A stretch of DNA of 64,000 nt. Origin: Minisyncoccota bacterium. Its GTDB lineage: Bacteria; Patescibacteriota; Minisyncoccia; UBA6257; JAGOQP01. Position numbers and translations under genes: made by a program. The DNA lies in NCBI GenBank assembly GCA_041661795.1, contig JBAZTS010000001.1, positions 39,459 to 103,458 on the forward strand. The letters run 5' to 3'. Of this stretch, positions 47,264 to 56,924 are shown in pieces. The notes below the pieces were generated by a model. It saw nothing but the letters and a program-made list of their open reading frames with translations. It had not been told where the DNA came from and did no database searches. Numbering within the stretch: the first letter of the stretch is position 1; each line of letters opens with the position of its first letter.

Positions 47264-48613
47264 ATGCCCATAGCTAAACTTCCTCCACAAGACACAGATT
47301 CGGAGAAATCAGTTTTAGGTTCTCTGATGATAGATAAAAATGCCATCACTAAAGTGGCCGATGTTTTGTCTTATAAAGATTTTTATTCCACCGCTCATCA
47401 AAAGATTTATCAGGCCGTTACCGATCTTTTTAATAAAAACGAACCGATAGATATTTTGAGCGTCACTAATGTTTTAAAAAATAAAAAACATTTGAATGAT
47501 ATCGGAGGATCTTCATATTTGGCCGACCTTATAAATACAGTTCCCTCTTCGGCCCATATCGCCCACTATGCCAAGATAATCAGAGAAAAAAGAATATTAA
47601 GAGATTTAGTCACTATATCGGCCGAAATCAGCGAATCGGTATTTGAAAAACAAGGAGCGGTAGAAAATTTGATAGACCAGATAGAACAGAAAATATTTTC
47701 CGTTTCAGTACAATCGGCCAATAAAAATTTTGTCCACGTCAAAGATGAGTTAAAAGCCGCTTACGAACGCATAGAAAAACTCCACCAAGGAGAAAAGGGC
47801 TTAAGAGGAGTAACCACTGGTTTTGACGATTTAGACAATTATCTTTCCGGATTTCAGGAATCGGATCTAATTATTTTGGGAGCCAGACCTTCTTTAGGAA
47901 AAACCACATTGGCTCTGGACATGGCAAGAGGCGCCGCTTCCAAAGGAGGTGTCTCGGTTGGAATATTCTCAATAGAAATGTCGAAGGATCAGATAGTTGA
48001 CCGTCTTATCGCTTCAGAAGCTCAAGTTCCGTTGTGGAAATTGAGAACCGGAAGATTGAGTACCGAAGAAGAATTTGAGCTCATACAAGGGGCCTTAGAC
48101 CGACTTTCTAAAATGTCAATCTACATAGACGACTCTCCTTCTCCCAATGTTATGCAGATACGCTCCATTGCCAGACGCCTTCAATCAGAGCATGGCTTAG
48201 GACTTCTAATTATTGACTATGTCCAGCTGATACAACCGCTCACCTCTTCTGATAATGTCGTGCAACAATTTACCGAAATCAGCCATCAATTAAAGGCCCT
48301 GGCTAAAGAATTAAATATTCCGGTTTTAGCCATTTCCCAGTTAAATAGATCGGTTGACCAAAGAGAAATAAAAGTCCCCCGACTTTCCGACCTTAGAGAA
48401 ACCGGGTCTTGGGAACAAGACGCTGATGTGGTTTTATTAATTTACAGAAAAGACAGAGACAGATTAGAACCTTCTTTGGAAGAAGACAATACGGCATCAA
48501 TTATTATCGCCAAACACAGAAACGGCCCAATAGGAACCGTTGATCTAAAGTTTGACCAAGAGAAAGTGACATTCAGAGCCATAGAGAAAAAAAGAACGGT
48601 GGAGGAATTCTAG
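47264..48613 (+). CDS. dnaB: replicative DNA helicase DnaB
   Basis: N-terminal DnaB domain (LPPQDTDSEKSVLGSLM), RecA-like core with Walker A GARPSLGKT and Walker B LLIIDYVQL. Confidence 0.9.
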   Translation: MPIAKLPPQDTDSEKSVLGSLMIDKNAITKVADVLSYKDFYSTAHQKIYQAVTDLFNKNEPIDILSVTNVLKNKKHLNDIGGSSYLADLINTVPSSAHIAHYAKIIREKRILRDLVTISAEISESVFEKQGAVENLIDQIEQKIFSVSVQSANKNFVHVKDELKAAYERIEKLHQGEKGLRGVTTGFDDLDNYLSGFQESDLIILGARPSLGKTTLALDMARGAASKGGVSVGIFSIEMSKDQIVDRLIASEAQVPLWKLRTGRLSTEEEFELIQGALDRLSKMSIYIDDSPSPNVMQIRSIARRLQSEHGLGLLIIDYVQLIQPLTSSDNVVQQFTEISHQLKALAKELNIPVLAISQLNRSVDQREIKVPRLSDLRETGSWEQDADVVLLIYRKDRDRLEPSLEEDNTASIIIAKHRNGPIGTVDLKFDQEKVTFRAIEKKRTVEEF

Positions 48614-48699
48614 AACTAGTAGATAGTATTTGGTAGTTAGTATTTAGTAAAAACTTCCGAATCCTATATACTATATACAATATACCAACTACTAATTTC

Positions 48700-49299
48700 A
48701 TGTTGCCAGAAGAAATAAAAAAATTTATAGAGGTTTTTGAGAAACTTCCTTCTATAGGACCACGCCAAGCTACGCGACTGGCTTTTAAGATGGTTGGAGG
48801 AGGAGTGGCTCAACTGGAAGAAACCGCCAGAGCCATACTGGGCTTGAAGAAAATAAAAAACTGCCCGAGGTGTTTTTTTATTTATTCTGGGCAATCATTA
48901 ACCTGTGAAAGATGTTCTGATGTAAACAGAGTAAAGGATGTCTTTATGATAGTTGAAAAAGAAACCGATTTAATAACCATAGAAAGAACCAGAAAATACA
49001 ACGGAATGTACTTAGTGCTCGGAGAATTAACCAAGAGCGGCAATCTAGAAATTCATCAAAAATTAAGAATTGGACTTCTTAAAAAGATTATAGAAGAACT
49101 CCCAGATAAAAGAGCCAAGGAAATAATCATCGCTCTTAACCCAACCACTTACGGAGACCTAAATGCTTCTATTATTGAGAGAGATTTAAAAGATTATTCG
49201 CAAAAAATAAGCCGTTTAGGAAGAGGAATCCCAACCGGCGGAGAAATAGAGTTTGCGGACGAGGATACGTTGTCGCATTCGCTCCAACGCAGAGAATAA
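48700..49299 (+). CDS. recR: recombination protein RecR
   Basis: HhH (LPSIGPRQATRLAF), C4 zinc finger CPRC...CERC, Toprim domain. Confidence 0.9.
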   Translation: MLPEEIKKFIEVFEKLPSIGPRQATRLAFKMVGGGVAQLEETARAILGLKKIKNCPRCFFIYSGQSLTCERCSDVNRVKDVFMIVEKETDLITIERTRKYNGMYLVLGELTKSGNLEIHQKLRIGLLKKIIEELPDKRAKEIIIALNPTTYGDLNASIIERDLKDYSQKISRLGRGIPTGGEIEFADEDTLSHSLQRRE

Positions 49300-49300
49300 A

Positions 49301-49612
49301 TTATTTTACTAAAGTAATCTTAACTTCGGTGAAATGCTGGCGGTGGCCCTTAGTTTTTCTTACTCTGGCTTTGGAATGATACTTAAAAACAATCACTTTT
49401 TTATCTCTGGCTTGTCTTATAATTTCTCCTTCAACTTTAGCTCCATCAACTACAGGTTTTCCCACTTTAACCTGGGAGTCGTCAAAAACGGCCAGAATGT
49501 TATCAAAGGAAACTTTGTCCCCTGCTTGGCCTTCAATTTTTTCAATTTTTAATTTGTCACCAGAAGAAACTATAAATTGCTTTCCACCGGTCTTTATAAC
49601 AGCAAAATTCAT
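49301..49612 (-). CDS. rplU: 50S ribosomal protein bL21
   Basis: MNFAVIKTGGKQF...KVSFDNILAV...VIVFKYHSKARVRKTKGHRQHFTEVKI; the ORF-track start (49648) is probably 12 codons too long. Confidence 0.85.
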   Translation of the reverse strand: MNFAVIKTGGKQFIVSSGDKLKIEKIEGQAGDKVSFDNILAVFDDSQVKVGKPVVDGAKVEGEIIRQARDKKVIVFKYHSKARVRKTKGHRQHFTEVKITLVK

Positions 49613-49678
49613 TGAATCCAGAGTATCAAATAAAAAAGGAATTGTCAAAAATACCAGTTAATGTATAATTAAATTGAG

Positions 49679-50629
49679 ATGTTAAATAAAAATCAGAAAA
49701 AGTTTTTTATCATACTTTTTATTTTTGGCCTTGTGGCCCTGTTACCAACTTTAATAGTTTCAATTCTAAACATAGCCAATCAGAGAGAGATGATTAAATC
49801 ATCAATAGAGAATGAAGCGTTCAGATTAGCTAAAACCATGGCTTCTCAAGAACAAAAGAATCTTGATACAATCAAAAACGTTTTAATTAGCTTATCCAAA
49901 TATGCAGAGATTAGCGATAAAAACAACAACGATTGCAATAGATCAATGAAAACTCTCCTTGATTATTTTAATGAACCGTTTCCTCTTTATTTTAATTTAA
50001 CAGTGGCTAATATCAATGGAGATGTTATATGCTCAGCTCTGGATGCATCAGGAAATGTCAATCTTTCAGACAGGTATTATTTTAGGCAAACGATAGAAAC
50101 AGAAGATATGTCTTTCAGCGGATATTCAATAGGAAGAATAACAAAGAAACCGGCCTTACTCTTTTCTTATCCTATTAAAGACGAATCCGGCAGAATAAAT
50201 CTTGTCGCAGTCATTTCTATAAACATTGAAATGTTAAATAAGCAGGCAACAAATTTAAATTTATTAAATAACGACCCATCAATGACAATGACTTTATTGG
50301 ACGACAAAAATTATATAATTATAAGACAACCTGAAAATGAAGACCTCATAGGAACTATCTGGCCAGAAGGTAAGATAAGTAACTTTAAAGAAACTCAAGA
50401 AGGGGTCGGAGAAGGAGTGGATTTGGATGGAGTCAAAAGAATATTTGGATTTACCACTATACCTCAAGAGTCGGGACCAAGTCACTTCAATTTATTAGTA
50501 GGGCTGTCTCAAGACAAGATTAATAAGGAAATTATAGAAAACAAGAAAATAGACATTATTATATTTGTGGCTGGAATAATAATAGCCGTTCTATCATCCT
50601 GGTTAGTAGGGAAAAAATATTTTGAATAA
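49679..50629 (+). CDS. bitopic membrane protein with extracytoplasmic Cache-like sensor domain and no output domain
   Basis: TM1 (aa 8-30), about 250-aa extracellular domain, TM2 near the C-terminus, ends 12 aa after TM2. Confidence 0.45.
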   Translation: MLNKNQKKFFIILFIFGLVALLPTLIVSILNIANQREMIKSSIENEAFRLAKTMASQEQKNLDTIKNVLISLSKYAEISDKNNNDCNRSMKTLLDYFNEPFPLYFNLTVANINGDVICSALDASGNVNLSDRYYFRQTIETEDMSFSGYSIGRITKKPALLFSYPIKDESGRINLVAVISINIEMLNKQATNLNLLNNDPSMTMTLLDDKNYIIIRQPENEDLIGTIWPEGKISNFKETQEGVGEGVDLDGVKRIFGFTTIPQESGPSHFNLLVGLSQDKINKEIIENKKIDIIIFVAGIIIAVLSSWLVGKKYFE

Positions 50630-50925
50630 ACCCACACACCTAATGAACTTTTAATGACTGGCTTATTCTCTGCTTGAGCTGACTAAGTGCATTAGCTCTT
50701 AATTTGAGATTGTGTTCTCTGTGGCGAGCATCGCTTTCATCAGCATAAGCTTCATAATAAATCAACATAAATGGATGACGTGATTTTGTTGAAAAAACTT
50801 TTCCGGAATTATGTTCATTAAACCTTTTGACCAGATTATTTGTCGAACCAGTGTATAACTCGTCATCCTTTTTACTTTTTAAAATATAGACGTAATACAT
50901 AAGTCCATTAGGTGTGGGGGTAAAC
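50628..50925. mobile_element. GIY-YIG gene cassette bounded by about 19-bp imperfect terminal inverted repeats (ACCCACACACCTAATGAAC / GTCCATTAGGTGTGGGGGT)
   Basis: Inverted repeats at 50628-50648 and 50903-50925 share the perfect core CACACCTAATG in inverted orientation and abut the ORF ends; no target-site duplication was verified. Confidence 0.35.
50640..50900 (-). CDS. GIY-YIG nuclease family protein (YhbQ/UPF0213-like)
   Basis: MYYVYILKS...ELYTGSTNNLVKRFNEHN (GIY-x10-YIG, R, E, N catalytic residues); 86 aa. Confidence 0.7.
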   Translation of the reverse strand: MYYVYILKSKKDDELYTGSTNNLVKRFNEHNSGKVFSTKSRHPFMLIYYEAYADESDARHREHNLKLRANALSQLKQRISQSLKVH

Positions 50926-52644
50926 TTATTCTTCTATCTTCTCTATATCCGACTTAATTTTCTTTTCTGCCTGGTAAAGATATTTTTTGAATTTATTTAA
51001 GATAATCTCCTCTTCTTTTGTGAGCTCTCTTTTTGACTTAGTTTTTTCAAGAACCATAATTTGATCTCTTAAATCCTCTTTAAGTTCATCAAAAATCTTA
51101 TGAACGTCTTCTTCTGCCAATCTGATGCTTGATTTCATTCTTCTTCTAAAAGAATTTATTTTGTACCAGAAATACCAAAATATAATAACAATCAAAACAA
51201 TTGCTCCAATAATAGGAACTATAATATTCAATGTATTAATAGCCGATAATCCTAATTTAAAGACCTTAGGTTGTTCAATTAGTAAGTTAAATTTTTCGCT
51301 TGGCAGACTCTTTAAACCTGAGTCATCTATGGCTCTTACCCAAATTTTATAATTTCCAGGGTCAATCTTTTCTTCACTGACAAAAATAAAATTTCCGTTT
51401 TCATCGCTTCTGGTGTTATAAAATATAGGAATTTCATTAGCTCCTTTTTCAATCCAAAGAGTCAAGGTAAGATTAGGTTGAGACGTCCCTCTAACTATTA
51501 GAGGTTCTCCGGGAGACAACGTTTGAGGATAACTGGTTATTTTGGGAGCTTCTTGTGATTCAATACTAAATTCAGTTAAAGAAGTTTCATAATTACCAGC
51601 CCTGTCAAAGGCCTGAACCAGAACAGAATATTTTCCGCTTTCCTCTTGATCTAAGGTGTAGGGATTGCTTTTTACTTTATCGCTGGTAACGATAACAAAA
51701 TTTCCATTTCCAACCTTAACTTTATAATATTCAACCCCCGAAGAATTGTCAGTGGTATTAAAGAGCACAACCGGTTTTTTATTTTTAACAGCGTTTTCAT
51801 CTAAACGAACAATAAACTTATCAGGAGGAGTTGTGTCTATTTGAATCCTAAAATGTGAAACCGCTCCCCAGCCGTTTTTATTTCTAAATTGAACATGAAA
51901 ATACCAAACACCATCATCAAGATCTTTTATATCTTTTGAGCTAATAACAGGAATATAGCCAACGGTAGGAGTAGCGTTAGGAATCTTTCCGATTAAGGTC
52001 TTGACCTCTAAAACGTCACTAGGGACCTGCCAAGACAGAGAAACATCTCCGGATGAATACCATTTATTTGGATCAATGTGAGTAGAAGAAAATATTTGCG
52101 GAGCCACGGGAGTCCCAACAACTATAGATGGAGAGGTTGATTGAGAAATTGATTCTCCGGAAAGATTAAAATTTAGAGCAAGAGGTATTAGATTTTTCAG
52201 AACGTTAGTCCCGGTTCCATCATTGGCCAGAATAGAACCGGAAGAAAAATTAAAGTTAGCTGTTCCGGGGTTTTTTGATTTAAAGTTGATTGTTAATATT
52301 TTTCCTTTGGCTCCTATAAAACCGGGATTTAAAATAATTCCTTCAAAATCAACTTTTCCTGTTTGATTAGAAAAAGACGGTTCTTGAACCCAAAAACTTA
52401 TAAGCGACCCTGATTTTGATACCGAGCTAACATTAACTTTGTCATTGTCGAAAGAAACCGATCCGGAGACGGCGTTAACAGATTGATCAGGGCTGGCAAC
52501 ATAAACATCTACAGAAAATGAAGAATCAACTGAATAGTTAGATGAAGAAGATTGCAAAATTAAATCGGCCGCCAATGCTCCAGAAGTTCCTGCAACAAAA
52601 AAAATAAAAGTTAAGAATAAATTCTTCCAGCTATTTTTCATCAT
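50926..52644 (-). CDS. cell-surface protein: signal peptide, cohesin-like domain, Ig/FN3-like domains, C-terminal TM anchor and cytoplasmic coiled-coil tail
   Basis: N-domain paralogous to that of 52631-53530 (SLISFWVQEPSF...GIILNPGF...KGKILTINFKSK...ILANDGTGTNVL); C-terminal hydrophobic helix then KINSFRRRMK plus charged tail. Confidence 0.55.
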   Translation of the reverse strand: MMKNSWKNLFLTFIFFVAGTSGALAADLILQSSSSNYSVDSSFSVDVYVASPDQSVNAVSGSVSFDNDKVNVSSVSKSGSLISFWVQEPSFSNQTGKVDFEGIILNPGFIGAKGKILTINFKSKNPGTANFNFSSGSILANDGTGTNVLKNLIPLALNFNLSGESISQSTSPSIVVGTPVAPQIFSSTHIDPNKWYSSGDVSLSWQVPSDVLEVKTLIGKIPNATPTVGYIPVISSKDIKDLDDGVWYFHVQFRNKNGWGAVSHFRIQIDTTPPDKFIVRLDENAVKNKKPVVLFNTTDNSSGVEYYKVKVGNGNFVIVTSDKVKSNPYTLDQEESGKYSVLVQAFDRAGNYETSLTEFSIESQEAPKITSYPQTLSPGEPLIVRGTSQPNLTLTLWIEKGANEIPIFYNTRSDENGNFIFVSEEKIDPGNYKIWVRAIDDSGLKSLPSEKFNLLIEQPKVFKLGLSAINTLNIIVPIIGAIVLIVIIFWYFWYKINSFRRRMKSSIRLAEEDVHKIFDELKEDLRDQIMVLEKTKSKRELTKEEEIILNKFKKYLYQAEKKIKSDIEKIEE

Positions 52645-53530
52645 TTTTATTTAAAATAAACTTTCTTGCCAAAATAATCGCCAAAACAAGTATCACTATA
52701 ATTATAAACCAAATAACATAATTTTGGTAATAAAATCCTCTGGGTAATGGTTTTACCAAAGCCAATCTTTCATTGCCTGATTTATCAACCGCCTTAATGT
52801 AGATAAAATTTGATAAACTCTGGTCTTTAGGGATATAAGGACTTTCTGTTTCTTGCCATTTGTCAGAGGGTATTTTCTCTGGATTATTTCTTGATTCAAA
52901 AACAAAGTATTTATCAATCCCCGACTGTTTATCCTGAGTATCAAAAACAATGAAGTATTTTCCATTTAAAAATCCATCCTGTTGTGATATAAGAGGATAA
53001 AATATTTCCGGAGGAGTGGAATCATCGTCTTCTAGTGTTTTAACAACTGAAGCGTCAAAAACTGAATCCAAGAAGAGATTTGAAAAAACTTCCAATTTAC
53101 TTCCGTCTCCGTCATTAGCCAAAAACTCTGCTTTATCTACATGAAAATTTATCAAACCGATTTCTTTAGGTATAAATGTAATTGATAATATCTCACCTCT
53201 TTTGCCACTAAATCCTCCGGGAATTATTCCGGAAAAAGTAAAATATCCCTGTTTATTTATGAAAGATGGCTTGTTAATCCAGAAATTAATTAGAGAGTTT
53301 CCTTCGTTTATTTCCTTTATAATTATTTTGTCTTCGGGATAATAAATTTTAATATCTATGGCATTGAACGGCTTTTGGCTGTCCACCACAAGAAAAACTC
53401 GGCTCTCTTGTCCGACATATACCTTATCGGTAGAAAAATAAAGATTTACATCCTGAGCCCTGGCCAGCTTAAAACCAAGCAACAAAAATAAAGATATAAA
53501 TAAGAGTAAAATTTTTATGTGGCCTTTCAT
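52631..53530 (-). CDS. cell-surface protein: signal peptide, cohesin-like domain, C-terminal TM anchor
   Basis: SLINFWINKPSF...GIIPGGF...RGEILSITFIPK...FLANDGDGSKLEV; C-terminal helix plus KFILNKNDEK. Confidence 0.5.
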   Translation of the reverse strand: MKGHIKILLLFISLFLLLGFKLARAQDVNLYFSTDKVYVGQESRVFLVVDSQKPFNAIDIKIYYPEDKIIIKEINEGNSLINFWINKPSFINKQGYFTFSGIIPGGFSGKRGEILSITFIPKEIGLINFHVDKAEFLANDGDGSKLEVFSNLFLDSVFDASVVKTLEDDDSTPPEIFYPLISQQDGFLNGKYFIVFDTQDKQSGIDKYFVFESRNNPEKIPSDKWQETESPYIPKDQSLSNFIYIKAVDKSGNERLALVKPLPRGFYYQNYVIWFIIIVILVLAIILARKFILNKNDEK

Positions 53531-53554
53531 ATTATCTTTTGTGTTATGTGACTA

Positions 53555-54631
53555 TTACCCTGTCCAATAAAAAGCTAAAATACTAAAATCAACCAAACTT
53601 ACTTTACCATCTTTGTTTAAATCAATATTAGCCGGAGGAGAAGATCTCTTATACCAATAAGCGGCGACCGAAAAATCTATCAAATTAACTTTTCTATCGT
53701 TATTGATATCCCCTTTTGCCGGAGTTTTGGTTTGTAAAACCTGAGCTAAAATATTTTGGCTTCCTACTTTGAATCCAATGGATTTGCTGAATATACTTAT
53801 TTCATCCTCATTGGATGCTTTTGACCTAGTAGTATGGTCCCCTAAAGAAATAAAAGAGGTGTCTAATTTATAAAGATAGGCACCTTGATTATCAGCGTTA
53901 GTTTTAAAAAATAAATCTTCTTCAGAATTTACAGAAATTATTACCTCGCTTTGAGGAAATGTTTTTCCAAAAATTGTTAGATTGTCCCCTTTTTTAACCT
54001 CTGTTTTATCAACCCCAATAGTAGGAGAGACAAATATTCCACTAATTCTTGTTACTATTCCTGAAGTTACGCTGATGGGGAAAGTTAAAGATGAAGAGCG
54101 ATTGCCATTACTATCCTCTCCGTATATAGAAAAAATATAGTTTCCTCCAGAAATTCCAGATAAAGATACTTGGAAATTAGCATCGGCTCCGGCTAAGGTA
54201 GTGGCTGCCACTTGAGCGTCTTTAAGAAGAATTACCGTGCTGTTGGGATAGGCCTTTCCATAAAAAATAACTTCGGTTTGAACTGTTGGAGGAGGAGTAT
54301 ACGTGCCTCCTCCACTACCCCCACTACCCCCACTGCCTCCACTACCTCCACTACCTCCGCTTCCGCCACTTCCAGCAACACACGAGGTGGTTACAAAAGA
54401 ACAGGCAGGATTACAACTTAAAGACCCACCTCCAGCAAAACCCAAGGTGTAGCAACTTTGACTATTTAAGTCGGAACCATCGCAACTTTCCGAATTTTCT
54501 CTGATACCATTTCCACACCCAGGAACTATCGCAACTATATCAACATTTCCCGAAATAGATAAAACCGCTTGAGTAAAAAATACCGTCAAAACTATACAAA
54601 GTATCAAATAGGGTAAAAATAACTTTTTCAT
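53555..54631 (-). CDS. secreted dockerin-containing protein with N-terminal 8-Cys module and (GGS)n linker
   Basis: C-terminal duplicated Ca-binding dockerin repeats DINNDRKVNLIDFSVAAYW / DLNKDGKVSLVDFSILAFYW; GSGGSGGSGGSGGSGGSGG linker. Confidence 0.6.
   Translation of the reverse strand: MKKLFLPYLILCIVLTVFFTQAVLSISGNVDIVAIVPGCGNGIRENSESCDGSDLNSQSCYTLGFAGGGSLSCNPACSFVTTSCVAGSGGSGGSGGSGGSGGSGGSGGGTYTPPPTVQTEVIFYGKAYPNSTVILLKDAQVAATTLAGADANFQVSLSGISGGNYIFSIYGEDSNGNRSSSLTFPISVTSGIVTRISGIFVSPTIGVDKTEVKKGDNLTIFGKTFPQSEVIISVNSEEDLFFKTNADNQGAYLYKLDTSFISLGDHTTRSKASNEDEISIFSKSIGFKVGSQNILAQVLQTKTPAKGDINNDRKVNLIDFSVAAYWYKRSSPPANIDLNKDGKVSLVDFSILAFYWTG
54298..54366. repeat. 9-bp tandem repeat (cca cta ccN)n encoding the GGS linker
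   Basis: cctccactacccccactacccccactgcctccactacctccactacctccgcttccgccacttcc. Confidence 0.5.
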
Positions 54632-54650
54632 CCATTTTATCTGTTTTGTG

Positions 54651-55655
54651 CTATGTGTTATGTGTTTTGTGTCTGGAAATAATCCAATGATTATATCTTT
54701 TCAGACCAAAAACAAGAATGAGAATAATGATTAAGACAATTAACAAAAGTTGCCAAGGAATTACAAAAAATAAAAATTTCTTTTGAACCGTCTGCTGATC
54801 TGATCCATAAATAAGATTTAATTGAGCTGTATATGGACCTAACGCAAAGTTGCTGACTTGATTTCCAACTGTTTCAAAAAAACCCAACTCTTCTTCATTA
54901 TTAGGCAATGAAGGATTAGTTGATTTTTCTTGATTCTTGGTTAGCCAGACGACGTCAAATTTTCTTATACTTTTTGGAAGAACATTTCCATCTCTTGAGT
55001 TGGCCTGTAATTTTACTACTTCTCCTCCAAAAACATTTTTTACAATTATTTCACCGTCCGGTTTGATTCTCACCGCTCCATCATTGGAAAAACGATAAGA
55101 AAAAATCATCGGAAAACCAGTGGTTACTTTTTTATTTTCCGCAAGAGAAAAGCTTAAAAGACCCCCGCCTTGTTCCGTTTCTCCAGAAACAGTTAGAAGA
55201 ACCAAAATCCCTAATTTTCCTCCGATTGATACCTGACCCCCATCTTGCGACTCCGGAGGTGAGGTTCCCCAAAAGATTGCGGCAAAGTATCCCCCTGGTT
55301 CCACATTTTGAGGGATATTAATGGAATAAGGAACAACCATCCTTTCTCCTGAATCAAGAATAATACTCGGCTGAGTGGTTATCCAAGTGGATAATCCGCT
55401 TTTTTCAGAAAGAAAATAAGGAGACCCTGATTCTCCTCTGGCTTCAAAATTGGCAAATGAAGAATATAGAGTTTTTGTCTCTTTCTCTTCGTTGAATAAC
55501 TCAAATTCTCCTGTAATAGCACTACCAGGATCACCTGAAAGTTCTAATTTTACAGGCGAAATAGTTAAGGCGTTAACAAAACCAACAGATCCCAATAAAC
55601 AGATAAAGGTTACAGCAATACGTATGTTGCGTGTGTATTTCATATTATTCGCCAA
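54651..55655 (-). CDS. exported protein with C-terminal TM anchor (DUF916/CscA-like topology)
   Basis: Signal peptide, about 290-aa beta-rich ectodomain, C-terminal hydrophobic helix plus KRYNHW. Confidence 0.5.
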   Translation of the reverse strand: MANNMKYTRNIRIAVTFICLLGSVGFVNALTISPVKLELSGDPGSAITGEFELFNEEKETKTLYSSFANFEARGESGSPYFLSEKSGLSTWITTQPSIILDSGERMVVPYSINIPQNVEPGGYFAAIFWGTSPPESQDGGQVSIGGKLGILVLLTVSGETEQGGGLLSFSLAENKKVTTGFPMIFSYRFSNDGAVRIKPDGEIIVKNVFGGEVVKLQANSRDGNVLPKSIRKFDVVWLTKNQEKSTNPSLPNNEEELGFFETVGNQVSNFALGPYTAQLNLIYGSDQQTVQKKFLFFVIPWQLLLIVLIIILILVFGLKRYNHWIISRHKTHNT

Positions 55656-55682
55656 GATATCAAACGGTAAGCAAAAAGCAAG

Positions 55683-56807
55683 TTAGAAGTTAGCTGTAGC
55701 AGCGTAAGTTAATGTGGCAGAATAACTTCCAGCTTCAGTGTTAGGAGCAATGTTAGCCAAATAACGTAATGAGTAAGTTGTGTTGGCCGATGTTCCAGCA
55801 GAAGAAGCTAACTCATCAGGAAAAGCGGCTGTGTCAAAAGCAAATCCCGCAGCTAAATAAGGAGCGCTGACAGTTCCACTTCCACCAGAAGAGTTGGCTC
55901 TTAGACCAAACTGTTCTGTCCCAACAGCAGAAGCTGTGTTAGAAGGACCAATGGCATTAATTGAATATGTTGAAAATGTAAGAGTAGTTCCTGTGGCAGT
56001 CAAAGTATATCCATTAGCAGCATTGGTGCCAACAATAATATTATGAGATTCTACTTCCGATGCAGAACCAAGAGCATCACCTGTCGCATATCTTGCATTT
56101 GCCGAATCCAAAGTTCCAAAACCAATAGAGACATCAGAAATAGAAAAACTAATTGACTCGGTAACGGCAGCGGTAACAGAAACTTGGTCATCAGGAATAA
56201 TTTGAACAGCTACGTCTCCCGAGTCACCAATAACTCCAGCCACGGCAATTATGTAAGAAGCGGCTACAGTTATATCTGGATTTGTAATTTGTTGATCTCC
56301 AGTTGTTCCGGTTGATGCGTGAGTACCAATTTTTACTCTGACACAAGCGTTAGCGGCAATAGCAGCTACGCCAACTCCATCAGTTGGAGGGGTAAGAGTT
56401 ATTGTGTCTGTTCCGGTAACTACGCCGACTCCCCAATCAGAAGCTGTAGCAGTAGCTGCCAGAACTTCATCGTTGGTATAAGTTGGACTGGTACAGTTCG
56501 CTTGAGCTCCAGCGGAGTGAGCCAAGTCAAGATCGGTATAATCTAAAGAACCAGGAGTTGTAAAAGCAGTTCCCGCTCCTTTATCAAATTCAATTGTAAT
56601 AGTATCGGTTAATTCAGCCGCTCCAGTGGGAGTTCTAAAAACAATTGTGTGATTGGAAGCGGTATTGTCTTTAGACGAAGACATTGTGTCCGACTTGTTT
56701 AACAACGAAGCCGCATAAGCGACATTGATAAAACTTGAAAGACCGCCAAAACCCAAGAGAAAAGCTACTGCCAAAAACAAACTAACTAACTTGTATGACT
56801 TAAACAT
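55683..56807 (-). CDS. secreted Thr/Ala/Gly-rich protein, paralog 1, conserved C-terminal about 150-aa domain ending ...YSATLTYAATANF
   Basis: Sec signal (AYA/AS); shares ISFSISDxxIGFG, EVExHNII, ANGYxxTxxGTTLT, EQFGLR, GTVSAPYLAxGFxFDTAxFPDExAS, TYSxRYLxNIxxNTExGxYSAxLxYxAxAxF with 56925-58226. Confidence 0.55.
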   Translation of the reverse strand: MFKSYKLVSLFLAVAFLLGFGGLSSFINVAYAASLLNKSDTMSSSKDNTASNHTIVFRTPTGAAELTDTITIEFDKGAGTAFTTPGSLDYTDLDLAHSAGAQANCTSPTYTNDEVLAATATASDWGVGVVTGTDTITLTPPTDGVGVAAIAANACVRVKIGTHASTGTTGDQQITNPDITVAASYIIAVAGVIGDSGDVAVQIIPDDQVSVTAAVTESISFSISDVSIGFGTLDSANARYATGDALGSASEVESHNIIVGTNAANGYTLTATGTTLTFSTYSINAIGPSNTASAVGTEQFGLRANSSGGSGTVSAPYLAAGFAFDTAAFPDELASSAGTSANTTYSLRYLANIAPNTEAGSYSATLTYAATANF

Positions 56808-56924
56808 ATTTTTTATTTTTTGAAACGACTATTATTTATTAATTTAAATACAAAAGAGATTTTTATCTCCAATGGTTATATTATATATCATTTAGCATAT
56901 TAAAACCATATAAGTTATCCACAG

